Shown here piece by piece: positions 19,401 through 28,389 of a DNA stretch of 39,531 nucleotides (position 1 is its first letter; each line of letters starts with the position of its first letter). The notes beneath the pieces are model-generated. The model made no database searches. It worked only from the letters and a program-made list of their open reading frames with translations, and had not been told where the DNA came from. A program made the translations under genes and the position numbers. This DNA is from a virus (lineage: Duplodnaviria; Caudoviricetes), in the IMG/VR virus record IMGVR_UViG_3300037506_000146, positions 1 to 39,531 of that record; one strand, 5' to 3'.

Positions 19401-19427
19401 ATTACCCATGAGGCCCCGTTGAGATGA
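16422..19427 (+). CDS. Internal virion protein with M23 endopeptidase and lytic transglycosylase domains
   Basis: M23 motifs HAGID, YSHL, STGRHLHF, IDP; lysozyme-like VMAFETGG and ATGLIQF; start set at ATG 16422 (MAESQ), after the upstream stop. Confidence 0.88.
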   Translation: MAESQLVRVIGIDSNIPNPMSLQSPTHQPIPDVTGQKFAEARQYQEQAYQAQLNSINAIADAKVKEAQSRTQSKGAETLAGIVGNLTGGLALYQKALKEKQETADKKYETQVKTQQEEGKVLAQTLIRDKLLELRSQVVSGASEDGVEKTRGDLELILNKQFKDLSPELRDELWKIAFSGLDEVASKQAERQFQQLKETKEAWRDYELAKLNASTASFSVRLSTAKTVEEQKEAWNGFWEAFNTGTEKLQLDAKDKAYIAAKLLTQAVEQYQGGEKNRQSLVESANAVKAFYDEIQPTVDKYNKGEIGEYEYRSTLRYVATKHGVPELAGNVPDIFSTTDKAVAYEKNQEALRKMAQDRSEVISFDDANKAEAYHVGALTYDILQNSPEARMLLLAAKEGKTPLTTLQRMAVQAAEDFNKDRKEWLALQQQYAQYSVQVAKVIDQVTPGRLGDPQTIDPITGILKQVETQKDPETGLPILRPETSPEVRDAIIRLSETVLPAMRELRDRWLAIGLNIDNPKDNSFIKQMEAQTSGQRKAAEEYDPKKKGGSVLPNFNQGVAEGYPETPPIAPFAKINGISIPFHGGTPVTVTGGYGWRTHPTKGDKRFHAGIDYSATGDNVSALTIQGGTVILADNWGGYGGTVMVRTHDGRVEQYSHLRKFNVRSGQTIPPGYAVGLVGGDPADPRAGDSTGRHLHFQVWVDDGSFTNPQSGTIDPIRYLSSIRHAKHSPRGLGSPPTQTAPGRMGSGSTSGYPSNPQASGGMLKVNPRLIVRQRIIFNNSNPMSNGYASIHKQDYQGRNNPQANYGYGVIARDRQFARKIASVADSVGIPAQWLVDVMAFETGGTFSPSIRNAEGATGLIQFYPDEVGGITKTMNGRTINLLEIAGWSRTRQMDLVREYLAPYKGRLNTVEDVLAVIFGGEGLLNQSPQSRSNTSDSSISFSGYVKRLGEHVGRRYQTSYDRGQLSMRRVHSSPVGGCLLCQNMIRKYGEIITHEAPLR

Positions 19428-22246
19428 GTGTACTAGAACCAAAAGACCCAAACGAAGAAGCGCAAAAACGGGATGTGCAACCAATACGTACTGATCAGAC
19501 TGGTGTTGATGCCGCGCCGACACCGACGACCGAACCGAAACCCTCGCAACTGTTACCGACGTTAAAAGCCAATACGGTTAACGAGGGCAGTCTGAATAAT
19601 CCGTTGATAACAGGTACCGATGAAGATGGTGACCCGTTACCTCCAATGCCAGCAAAAGACCTGGTATCTCCAGACTCATACCTAGAAAAAGCAGAGGGTG
19701 ATTTATTTAATCCGAGTTTTCCGGTTCCAGTCAATATTGACTACAACACGTTTGAAGCACCCAATCCAGACTGGGATCAAAACCCATTAGATGTTATTAA
19801 AAAATCGCAAGAAGCAATTAAAAAAGAGCTTGCTAAACAAAAGGAATGGACAGATGGAAAGATCATTGAATCCATTTTTAAGGATGATATAACGTCTCCG
19901 TCTGTTAATTGGTATCCAGAGGCGTACTACGACATCAAAGAAACAAACAGAAGTGCAGATGAGTTTTTTAAAGCTTATACCACCAATCAGTTTGCTGGAT
20001 TAACTCAATCCGTTCCACCAATCACAGGTAAGGTGGGTGAGGATCACGTTACAACCGCCACGCAAAACGCCATTCAGGCCCGTGGCGGTCTAGCATCCAT
20101 AATTGGTCAAGAAATACAGAGACTACAGAAAGAAAAAGAACCTCTAGGCTTTTTTCAGGCAACGTGGGAAGGGGTTCAAGGTTTGATTCAATTACCGGGT
20201 ATTATCGTTCGTACTTTGGATGCCATTGACTACATGTGGCGGGATGCCTTTACAGGTAAATCGATAGACCGAAGAGAGGGCATTATGACCGAAGAGAACA
20301 AACGCGAAATTGCTGAAGCACTATCGTATTTATCAGCCCCGGAATCAACGGATCCGAATATACCACCACCAAAACCACAATTAGACTTAACGAAAGGTGA
20401 ATTTGGAGAATTTGGTCGTGGGTCTCTGGGATTCGCGAACTACGTCTTTAATGTCCCACAACAAGTCCTCAACTCGTTTATTTATGACGTGGCGGATGTA
20501 GCGACGCACCGTTATGAAGGAAACAACCCACTCAATAAGCGATCGCGCCTCGCTGATGCATTAAATGGTGAGGATTTAGGCTTTGGTAATGTTAATACCG
20601 AACGTCGGTACCTGACTCCTGTAACAGACCCAAACAATCCGTACCAATGGGCTGCTGGCATCATTTTGGATCTGGTGACGGGCAATATAACCGACAATAT
20701 TGTGGCTGGACTGACCGGGAGCGCACGCATAGCAAAACAAACAGCCAAACAAACAGCAGCACGGGCTCCTAACTTTGCTGCCAAAGCCGGTTCAGCGGGT
20801 GCCAAAAAGATTACGGCAACCCAAGCCCAAGAATGGATTCAAAAAGCGCAACGAGCGGCCAATAAAGTCAATGTGAGTCCAGCCAGCCGACAGGTTGCCA
20901 GAAAGACAGCAGAGCAAGCCGCTGAGGTGTTGCGTAAGATACCAAAAGAAGAGTTAGCCAAAGTCATCTCAAAGGCTGTAATGCCAGAGGGTATGGCTGG
21001 TAAATCTCCACCGGCTCTAGCTCAAACCATTAAGCTGGTTGACCTACAAGCGAGTTACACGCAAGCGGCAAAAAAATCACATGATTTGCAAGATAAACTA
21101 AGACAGGCATTGAAACGGTTGATGCGGAGCACAGAGCAGCTAGAATCAGCTCCAAATCTTGAGCGATCGCCCATTGTCTCTCAATTACAGTCGAAGCAGG
21201 TATTGGGGGGTATGGATGACCTGGACTTAAGCATCAAACCGAAACCCGTCGTCGATCCAGCGGTGAAGAGCCCAAAACCACCGCGCAATAAAGCCGCTAG
21301 AGATGGTCTAAATACTAGATTTGTGGTTGGTCGAACGTTTTATCATGGCACAAAATTGGACATTGATGACCTGTCTCGGATTAACCCGATAGATGGATCG
21401 TCACCCAATGAGTTAGGAGCAGGGGTGTACTTTACGACAAAACCCGAAGTAGCCACGCAGTTTGCCTTAGCTCACCCACAGGTCAACAAACCGCACGTAC
21501 CGACTGCACGGTATTTTGAGAACGGTAGCGGAATGGTGCATGAGGTAGGTTTGGATACCAGACGAGCACTCAATGCCAACGTCAAACCGGATGAAAACGT
21601 GCGTAAGGTGTTTGTTGATAGCGTAAAACAGTTTTTAGATCCAAAGTTGACGAGATCATACATAGCCAAAATATCCAATGCTGCGTTGGATAAATACTGG
21701 ACTGCGTTTCGCGAGACTTGGGCTGAACTCAACCCACGCATGATCCCCGAAGACAAGATGTTGACATTCCAACGGAGTGTAGCCGCTGGTATACAGGGTC
21801 TTGGTTATGACTCCATCATCAAACAGACGGCGGATGATGTCGTCGTGAATGTCTTAAAAACCGAAGGGCCATTACCGATTGAGACCCTATCCAAGGTGGC
21901 TGTTGGAACCGGCGATATGCTGGAACAAAAAGCGGCTCGGTTATCGGTAGACCGTTGGGCCGATGATCTCTTTGGTTCAGCCACATCCGCAACGAATCGG
22001 TTACAGTCCCATCTGTCGTTAGAAGCGGAAAACGCTGAACGCTTACAGTCGGCCTACCTCAAAGCAGAGCAGCAGGCGTCTGAATTGGCCGAACAGTTGG
22101 CGGATGCCGATGACAAGCTAATCGACATCGTGACCGATGAAAACAGAACCATTACGAACCGAACCGTGGATAGAGGACGGGTTGAACCCGTAGATGACCT
22201 AAAACGTAGAGGATATGCACAGGAGATAGACAAACCATGCCTGTAA
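19424..22246 (+). CDS. Large internal virion protein with an ADP-ribosyltransferase-like domain
   Basis: 940 aa; FYHGT...LGAGVYFTT...A.QFA...GYDSII motif series. Confidence 0.72.
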   Translation: MSVLEPKDPNEEAQKRDVQPIRTDQTGVDAAPTPTTEPKPSQLLPTLKANTVNEGSLNNPLITGTDEDGDPLPPMPAKDLVSPDSYLEKAEGDLFNPSFPVPVNIDYNTFEAPNPDWDQNPLDVIKKSQEAIKKELAKQKEWTDGKIIESIFKDDITSPSVNWYPEAYYDIKETNRSADEFFKAYTTNQFAGLTQSVPPITGKVGEDHVTTATQNAIQARGGLASIIGQEIQRLQKEKEPLGFFQATWEGVQGLIQLPGIIVRTLDAIDYMWRDAFTGKSIDRREGIMTEENKREIAEALSYLSAPESTDPNIPPPKPQLDLTKGEFGEFGRGSLGFANYVFNVPQQVLNSFIYDVADVATHRYEGNNPLNKRSRLADALNGEDLGFGNVNTERRYLTPVTDPNNPYQWAAGIILDLVTGNITDNIVAGLTGSARIAKQTAKQTAARAPNFAAKAGSAGAKKITATQAQEWIQKAQRAANKVNVSPASRQVARKTAEQAAEVLRKIPKEELAKVISKAVMPEGMAGKSPPALAQTIKLVDLQASYTQAAKKSHDLQDKLRQALKRLMRSTEQLESAPNLERSPIVSQLQSKQVLGGMDDLDLSIKPKPVVDPAVKSPKPPRNKAARDGLNTRFVVGRTFYHGTKLDIDDLSRINPIDGSSPNELGAGVYFTTKPEVATQFALAHPQVNKPHVPTARYFENGSGMVHEVGLDTRRALNANVKPDENVRKVFVDSVKQFLDPKLTRSYIAKISNAALDKYWTAFRETWAELNPRMIPEDKMLTFQRSVAAGIQGLGYDSIIKQTADDVVVNVLKTEGPLPIETLSKVAVGTGDMLEQKAARLSVDRWADDLFGSATSATNRLQSHLSLEAENAERLQSAYLKAEQQASELAEQLADADDKLIDIVTDENRTITNRTVDRGRVEPVDDLKRRGYAQEIDKPCL

Positions 22247-25200
22247 CACCAAAAAGTTTAGGGTGTGAACTCCCGTTACCGGATCCCCAATTACAGCGAG
22301 GGAAAGGGACATTTAATGACGCTGAATTGGATGATGTATCCCGCCGTATGGAATTATTAGCGTCACGCTTAAAGAATGCACGTAACGCTGTACAACAAGG
22401 GTTAGAGGCAGCAAGTGAACGAGCTTTAAAACTCATTTTGACGCGGTATGAAAACGCCGCCAGACTATCGCAGGTTAATAAATTAAACCCAGGTTTGGGT
22501 ACACGGGGCATCCAACATCAAATGGCACGAGATTTTGCGGTAGCCTACGACATATTCGGACTCGGCAACAAATATACGCCATCCGGGGAAGTCAGACAGT
22601 TTTTTAATCGAGCACGCCGATTATGGGAAGGCGGGGTTCATGAAGCGTTAGCCAAGATCGAGTTTATTCAAATCAACGAGAAAGCTTGGAAGCAGGTATT
22701 ACCCTTGAAACGGAAATACGGTCTAAGCGATAGTGAGTTTCGGACGATCACCTCGTTAGCTGAAGAGATCGGATGGCAGAAATACATCAATGAATACGGC
22801 GATTTGGCATCGAATGGGACAACATTACTAAAAAAACGACAGGATAACTTTCTCGATCGATTGCGTCGATTGGGGTTTGATGACGACGATGTCGTGTTGC
22901 TGTTGGACAATGCCCATAAGGTGGCTGATGTGTACCAGGAAGCGATCGCCATCGGAGCAAAAGCCGGGATTAATATCGAAACCTTGCAAGATATCGGGTA
23001 TTTTCCGAAGATCTTTTCAGCCGAAGCACTCCGACGATTTGACTGGGAAATGCTAGACGATGGTGTCAAGTTTTCAGATGGCATTACAAAAAATCTACGA
23101 GACGTATTTACATCCGCAAAAAACAGCTTCAAATTTTTAGCTGAGGATGAAGTGTTATTGGATTATTTATTTAGGTCAAAAAACCCAGAGATCTACAAGG
23201 TTCTATCAGACGAAACCGGTAAACTAATTGAAAATATTAGAGATGTTTTGGATGACTCAAAAGTATTAGGGCGTGCTCTGTTTCAACATTTAGGTGAAGA
23301 GACTGTGGATCGGCTTGTTCGCTCTAATATTTTGTCAAAAACGCCAATGACATCTGAAGAAATCTATAACCACTTAAAAACGCTTTATCCACGGTTGCCA
23401 TTTAAATTAGACGAACTAATCTCAACCGATTGGGATAGAACCGCTAAATTGTTTGAAGAGCAATTATCCAGCATGGCCGGTAAATCTGGCATGGAGTGGA
23501 TGATGGTTCGCAATGCGATTGAAAATGGTTGGGGTGTTTCAGCGGCTGAACGAGCTGCGAATCCCGGGTTGTATCGATCGTTTGTCCCACTCTCCGACTC
23601 AATACCCGCTAAGCTGCACAAGCAGTTTGGGTTATCCGATCTTGAGGCCTTTAAGAGTACCTACGTCCATCCGATTGTCAGTGACTTAAACAATGCCCTA
23701 TTGGACATCTCAACCTCGCCAACCAAGATGTCGGTATTTGGTCAGGTACTCGGAGATTTGATGACCACCTTTCGGACGATGGTGACTGCGACAACGGGAT
23801 TTGTCACCCGTCAGTTGTGGTCTCAGTTTGTCCAGGTGGGTGCAGCGGGGGGTAACATCCTGGATTATTTACCGACGCTGGTTAAGACGATCACGGCGCA
23901 CAAAGTCGGCTATAACGTATTCGATGACACCCGTAAAATCTATCGGGGGTTTGGCGGTGAGCTGGTCACCGAACGAGCCCTGTATCACCAAGCCGTTGAG
24001 CAGGGATTGGTCAATGCCTATACGGCGTTTAACGGTCAGACGGTGGGTAACGCATTTCATAGTTGGAATCCACTCAACGTGAAGCGTGGGGCGCGGTACC
24101 TTTGGAATACCGTGAACGAGTACAAATCTTGGGGGCGAGCGATCCAGGAAGTGTCTGAGATGGCCAAATACGCCATCAATGATGTGGCAGGACAACCGTT
24201 TCGGTTTTTTAACAACGTGCTTGACAACGCCTCTAAATTTTCAGTCTTAAAGAGTTTGACAGCAACCGACGCCTTTAACCGTCCTGGACTGTTTGTCGAA
24301 AAAGCCAGAGCCGCCATCCATGATGCGACGCGTCTGATCACAACAGGTCAAACGCGACATATGAATTTAGAGGAAGCCGTTGAACATATTGGTCAGTACT
24401 TTTATTGGTATGACGATTTGGGCCGTGTGGATAAATTCATTGGACGGTACATCATTCCATTTTGGGCCTATCGATCCCGCAATTTGCCCATGCAAGTGAG
24501 ACACGTATTGCGCAATCCGCATGCGTTTGCCACGTTTAACAAACTGTATGCGGCTCAAAACGCACCCATGTACCTAGAAGGTGAGGACTTCCCAGAAGGT
24601 GGAATCCCAAACCATGTTCTCAACGACAAAAATTGGTATTGGAAGATGCCAAATGGCGATTACTTCGCCTTACCCATGACCCCCATTGACCCGATGGCGG
24701 ATGCATGGAATAGTCTTGAGATTGGAGCGAATGAGGTATTACGGTCGTTTGGGATTTGGACCGAAGCCACCCAACCCAGAACACCGGATGACCAGATTAA
24801 AAAGAATATACCGTGGGATACCAGCACATCAGACGGGTATCTAGACGGGATCCTCAAGGACACGTACCAAATACACCAAGCGATCGCCTCGACGATCAAA
24901 GGGGAAGACATCCGAACCGGTCGGAGTTTGAAAGAGGATGACACCGGCCGACAATACTCCTCCTTTCTTGGCACATACATCCACCCATTAGGTCGGTATT
25001 GGTTGGAAACCTTAGTCCCGATATTAGGTACGTTGAACCGTGCAAACCCAGGCGGAATATTTGGGCTTCGCCCTGAATACGACACAAAGACAGGTGAGCT
25101 TAAAAGACCCGGTAAGCTGTCGATTTTTGGAGCCGAACGATCCGACCGGGATCGGGTTGATGACGAAGTATCCAAAACATGGTGGATCAAGATGTTACGA

Positions 25201-25566
25201 GATTATGGTGGACTAAACCCGCAATATCTGGATATCGCCTACAACATGGGATACCGCGAGGAGACCATCCGGGCCGCACTGCTCGATGGCAAAAAAACGA
25301 TCCAAAAGGCATCCCAGAACTTACCGACCATCGCAGATCCTAAGCGACGAGCGGAACAAGAGCTACGTATTGGAGCCATGAAAGCGGCATGGGCAGCTCT
25401 GGAAATAGACTATAGACGATTTTATAAGTGGCGTACGGAGCGAGGATTAAAACCACGCGCCGCTATACGTGAGCTACAGAGACAAAACATGATCATCCAT
25501 AACCTACCCGCCACACCTGATGAACAAAAGGTAATAGACGATGCCAACCGACTTAACAACAAATAA
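22237..25566 (+). CDS. Large internal virion protein (gp16 position)
   Basis: 1109 aa, helical; lies between the ejection proteins and the tail fibre. Confidence 0.72.
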   Translation: MPVTPKSLGCELPLPDPQLQRGKGTFNDAELDDVSRRMELLASRLKNARNAVQQGLEAASERALKLILTRYENAARLSQVNKLNPGLGTRGIQHQMARDFAVAYDIFGLGNKYTPSGEVRQFFNRARRLWEGGVHEALAKIEFIQINEKAWKQVLPLKRKYGLSDSEFRTITSLAEEIGWQKYINEYGDLASNGTTLLKKRQDNFLDRLRRLGFDDDDVVLLLDNAHKVADVYQEAIAIGAKAGINIETLQDIGYFPKIFSAEALRRFDWEMLDDGVKFSDGITKNLRDVFTSAKNSFKFLAEDEVLLDYLFRSKNPEIYKVLSDETGKLIENIRDVLDDSKVLGRALFQHLGEETVDRLVRSNILSKTPMTSEEIYNHLKTLYPRLPFKLDELISTDWDRTAKLFEEQLSSMAGKSGMEWMMVRNAIENGWGVSAAERAANPGLYRSFVPLSDSIPAKLHKQFGLSDLEAFKSTYVHPIVSDLNNALLDISTSPTKMSVFGQVLGDLMTTFRTMVTATTGFVTRQLWSQFVQVGAAGGNILDYLPTLVKTITAHKVGYNVFDDTRKIYRGFGGELVTERALYHQAVEQGLVNAYTAFNGQTVGNAFHSWNPLNVKRGARYLWNTVNEYKSWGRAIQEVSEMAKYAINDVAGQPFRFFNNVLDNASKFSVLKSLTATDAFNRPGLFVEKARAAIHDATRLITTGQTRHMNLEEAVEHIGQYFYWYDDLGRVDKFIGRYIIPFWAYRSRNLPMQVRHVLRNPHAFATFNKLYAAQNAPMYLEGEDFPEGGIPNHVLNDKNWYWKMPNGDYFALPMTPIDPMADAWNSLEIGANEVLRSFGIWTEATQPRTPDDQIKKNIPWDTSTSDGYLDGILKDTYQIHQAIASTIKGEDIRTGRSLKEDDTGRQYSSFLGTYIHPLGRYWLETLVPILGTLNRANPGGIFGLRPEYDTKTGELKRPGKLSIFGAERSDRDRVDDEVSKTWWIKMLRDYGGLNPQYLDIAYNMGYREETIRAALLDGKKTIQKASQNLPTIADPKRRAEQELRIGAMKAAWAALEIDYRRFYKWRTERGLKPRAAIRELQRQNMIIHNLPATPDEQKVIDDANRLNNK

Positions 25567-26692
25567 CGTACCGTTTACAACTCCAATCGGTACAACCCCA
25601 TTTACGGTGGATGTTACAAATGCAAATCTAATGGCTGATCTGACCGTAAAAGACTTTACGGTCATCGTCAACGGAGCTGTCAACCCCAACTCAAACTGGA
25701 CAAAGACGAGTCGGACGGTATTAACGTATGTCGGTACGGCCTTTGGCAGTGCTCTAGCCGCAGAAGTGAGGCGAAACACACCCTCGATGCGAGTGCAAGA
25801 GGTGACGTTCGCCAATAAGTTCAATTCGGCGCTGTGGGAAGAAGAGTTAAACCGAGTCTCTAGACGGGCCTATGAATACGCCCTCAATGGGGTAGGGCCG
25901 TCGTTTGCGGGGGTGTCTTATGTGCCCATTAACGCCGCGTATAACTATGCTGTGTGGAGTGCTGACACGGTACAGACTGCAACTCGTAGTGCAGTTGCCA
26001 ACATTATCAACACATTATCGCCATTAGAGTCACCGGTATTTACGGGCAATCCAACAGCACCCACACCCACGGCCGGTGACAACGATACGTCGTTAGCAAC
26101 CACCGCATTTGTGAATACCTATGGTACAAATCTTTTAGCCAACTCACCGGCGCTCGGAGGTAATCCGGTATCGACCACCCCCGTAGACTCCGACAGTGAT
26201 ACGTCCATTGCTACCACGGCGTTTGTCAAAAACCAACACTCCAGGTTCTTAGCGCGACGAACAACTTCAAACCAGTCGTTGACAAAAGCGTCTGTAAATA
26301 CCGCCATCTTTAACACCGAAACCTACGACACCGATAGTCAGTACGCATCAACAACGGGTATATTCACCTGTACGAAACCTGGTATTTGGTTGTTTTCCTA
26401 CGGGACTAGTGTTGTTTTTGATAGCACAGGGGGTACAACGTACACGTTTCATGACACGTACCTTAACTACAACAACAGTTCAATCATTTATCAAGGCGGT
26501 AGAACCCAGCAAAACTGGACTAGTACATCATTATCAGGGGCTACTTTTGCATCCACAGGTTCTATCATCTTGCAAATGTCTAACTCAGATACGATCCAGG
26601 TATCGGTTTATCCTGACCTAAACGGTTCATCCTCGACCGCTGCACTAGGACAAACCAGTCATTTTTCAGGGATTCGTTTATTGGCCCTCTAA
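25541..26692 (+). CDS. Tail fibre with a C1q/TNF-like C-terminal domain
   Basis: gp17 position; two SPxxxGNP...DxDTSxATTAFV fibre repeats; C1q-like FNTETYD...TGIFTCTKPGIWLFS. Confidence 0.85.
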   Translation: MPTDLTTNNVPFTTPIGTTPFTVDVTNANLMADLTVKDFTVIVNGAVNPNSNWTKTSRTVLTYVGTAFGSALAAEVRRNTPSMRVQEVTFANKFNSALWEEELNRVSRRAYEYALNGVGPSFAGVSYVPINAAYNYAVWSADTVQTATRSAVANIINTLSPLESPVFTGNPTAPTPTAGDNDTSLATTAFVNTYGTNLLANSPALGGNPVSTTPVDSDSDTSIATTAFVKNQHSRFLARRTTSNQSLTKASVNTAIFNTETYDTDSQYASTTGIFTCTKPGIWLFSYGTSVVFDSTGGTTYTFHDTYLNYNNSSIIYQGGRTQQNWTSTSLSGATFASTGSIILQMSNSDTIQVSVYPDLNGSSSTAALGQTSHFSGIRLLAL

Positions 26693-26878
26693 ATCAAACT
26701 CTGCTGGCTTTTTAGATTTTACACGGTGTCTGCCCATCAAATAGAGTTCAATGGCCGCGTCAAGCAGCAAAGCGCTTAGTGACACACATTCTTGTTTCGC
26801 GACAATTTCCAACGCGGTTTTGGTTGCTTTCGGCATCGTGACCTTTATGAGATCCGTCGTGTCTTTGTTTATTGGCAT
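26678..26878 (-). CDS. Ribbon-helix-helix (CopG/Arc-like) DNA-binding protein
   Basis: IKVTMP strand followed by helices KTALEIVAKQE and SLSALLLDAAIELYL. Confidence 0.75.
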   Translation of the reverse strand: MPINKDTTDLIKVTMPKATKTALEIVAKQECVSLSALLLDAAIELYLMGRHRVKSKKPAEFDLEGQ

Positions 26879-26938
26879 GATTTTGTAAAGTAAGGAGTTG
26901 TGCTAGTAGGCCAACATGACTATTGTAGCTAAAATCAA

Positions 26939-27292
26939 TTACTGTATCAATTGGATGATTTCAGCTTGCAGCAGAAAGTTATTTAGCCGATTCTCTTTTA
27001 GTCGTTCTAACGATCGACCTTTTGACTTACAAAACTCAGCATAAATAGACAACAGATCGCCAAGGTAGCCGTTGGCGATCTCTTCATCATATTCGTAGCA
27101 GTACAGGGGTAGATACTGGTCTTCAATTGAGTGAAAGCCCTTTTCAACAGGTATACGATAAACAATTTGATACCCATCGACGAAAGAAGCTTCTTCCATG
27201 AACGTAATCTGTATTTGCCTTTCCAGGTCTAGCCTGAACATTTTGATTTCCTCGTCATCAGCGTCGTAGGGGTCTTTTTTGTAAGAGGTCAT
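26939..27292 (-). CDS. Hypothetical acidic protein
   Basis: 117 aa; GGAG 8 nt upstream of the ATG. Confidence 0.7.
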   Translation of the reverse strand: MTSYKKDPYDADDEEIKMFRLDLERQIQITFMEEASFVDGYQIVYRIPVEKGFHSIEDQYLPLYCYEYDEEIANGYLGDLLSIYAEFCKSKGRSLERLKENRLNNFLLQAEIIQLIQ

Positions 27293-27355
27293 GGTTTTTA
27301 CTCCATATTCTTAATGGAGTAGTTGATGATCTCAGCTACTCCGTGAGCAAACGAC

Positions 27356-27931
27356 TTAAAACGGTGTGTCGTTGTGGTTTTCCGGTTGGCTATTGAGTCG
27401 ATGTCTAAGCTGCTCTCTAAAGTGACTCTTGCGCGTTTGAGGTCTTTTTTCTGGTTCTTGGTTTGATGCTTCTACTTTCTGAATAACCTTGCCTGAATAT
27501 CCAACTGCACCATCGTCCATTTCTTCTTCATACAGTGACACTCGAAGCTTTAAATCTGTCCAGTCAGAGGCTACGTCGAAATAACCATAGAGTACGTTTG
27601 AACTTCTACCATTCTGATTTTCATACAACGATAAAAAACCGACTTGATGGTCAAAGTCGATTTTGTACTGGTTTTTGATCTTTTTTTGGGCATACATCCC
27701 ACCCCATAACACTGCCTTGGTCTGATGGTCGTGTTTGGGTTCGTACAGAAACCCCGCCAAATAGGTTTCTGGACTATCGAGTCCAACCTCAAACCTGAAC
27801 AGATATTTAGAGTCCTCTTTAGTGGATGGGTAGAGGTGCATATAACCAACCTCTTTGAACTCAGAACCAGTATCTTTTTCTGGCTCTTTAGGTCGTTCAC
27901 TTCTTTTCGCTAGTCCTGTTCTAAACGGCAT
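27356..27931 (-). CDS. Probable single-stranded DNA-binding protein
   Basis: Aromatic beta-strands, disordered tail ending DTPF (SSB-like tip); directly downstream of ERF. Confidence 0.6.
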   Translation of the reverse strand: MPFRTGLAKRSERPKEPEKDTGSEFKEVGYMHLYPSTKEDSKYLFRFEVGLDSPETYLAGFLYEPKHDHQTKAVLWGGMYAQKKIKNQYKIDFDHQVGFLSLYENQNGRSSNVLYGYFDVASDWTDLKLRVSLYEEEMDDGAVGYSGKVIQKVEASNQEPEKRPQTRKSHFREQLRHRLNSQPENHNDTPF

Positions 27932-27933
27932 CG

Positions 27934-28380
27934 TTAACTCCTATATTTTTGGTATCTAAATTGTTTCCGTTCTGGTGCTGGATTTTCAGGTCTTCTCGTC
28001 GCCGTAATACCATCATCATCCTCAGCCGCTAACGCCAGCAATCCAAGCAGCGTATATCGCCTGTAGTAGGTCGATGCTCCACACACTTGATGAGCCGTTA
28101 GGTCTGGGTCTATTGCAAGCATAGACTCACAGTACGCCCCGGTTTTAATATCCACAATCCGGGATACTTGAACCAGCATACTGCCTCGTATTTCCTGAGG
28201 CTGTTCTAGATACAACCCATATTTTTTTAAGGTCGGCTCTATCAGACTCAACACAGCATTAAGCGTCACGTACTGATTGTGGTATTCCGTGTTTATTGCA
28301 TCTTTTGTGACGGTTGGTAACTCCGCTTTCACATGCATAAGCTTTTGGTAAAGCCCAATCTGATCTTCGTTCATTTTCAT
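27934..28380 (-). CDS. erf: ERF-family ssDNA annealing protein
   Basis: ERF motif GASTYYRRYTLLGLLALAAEDDDG; N-terminal KDAIN...YVTL. Confidence 0.9.
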   Translation of the reverse strand: MKMNEDQIGLYQKLMHVKAELPTVTKDAINTEYHNQYVTLNAVLSLIEPTLKKYGLYLEQPQEIRGSMLVQVSRIVDIKTGAYCESMLAIDPDLTAHQVCGASTYYRRYTLLGLLALAAEDDDGITATRRPENPAPERKQFRYQKYRS

Positions 28381-28389
28381 AGTTGGCCC

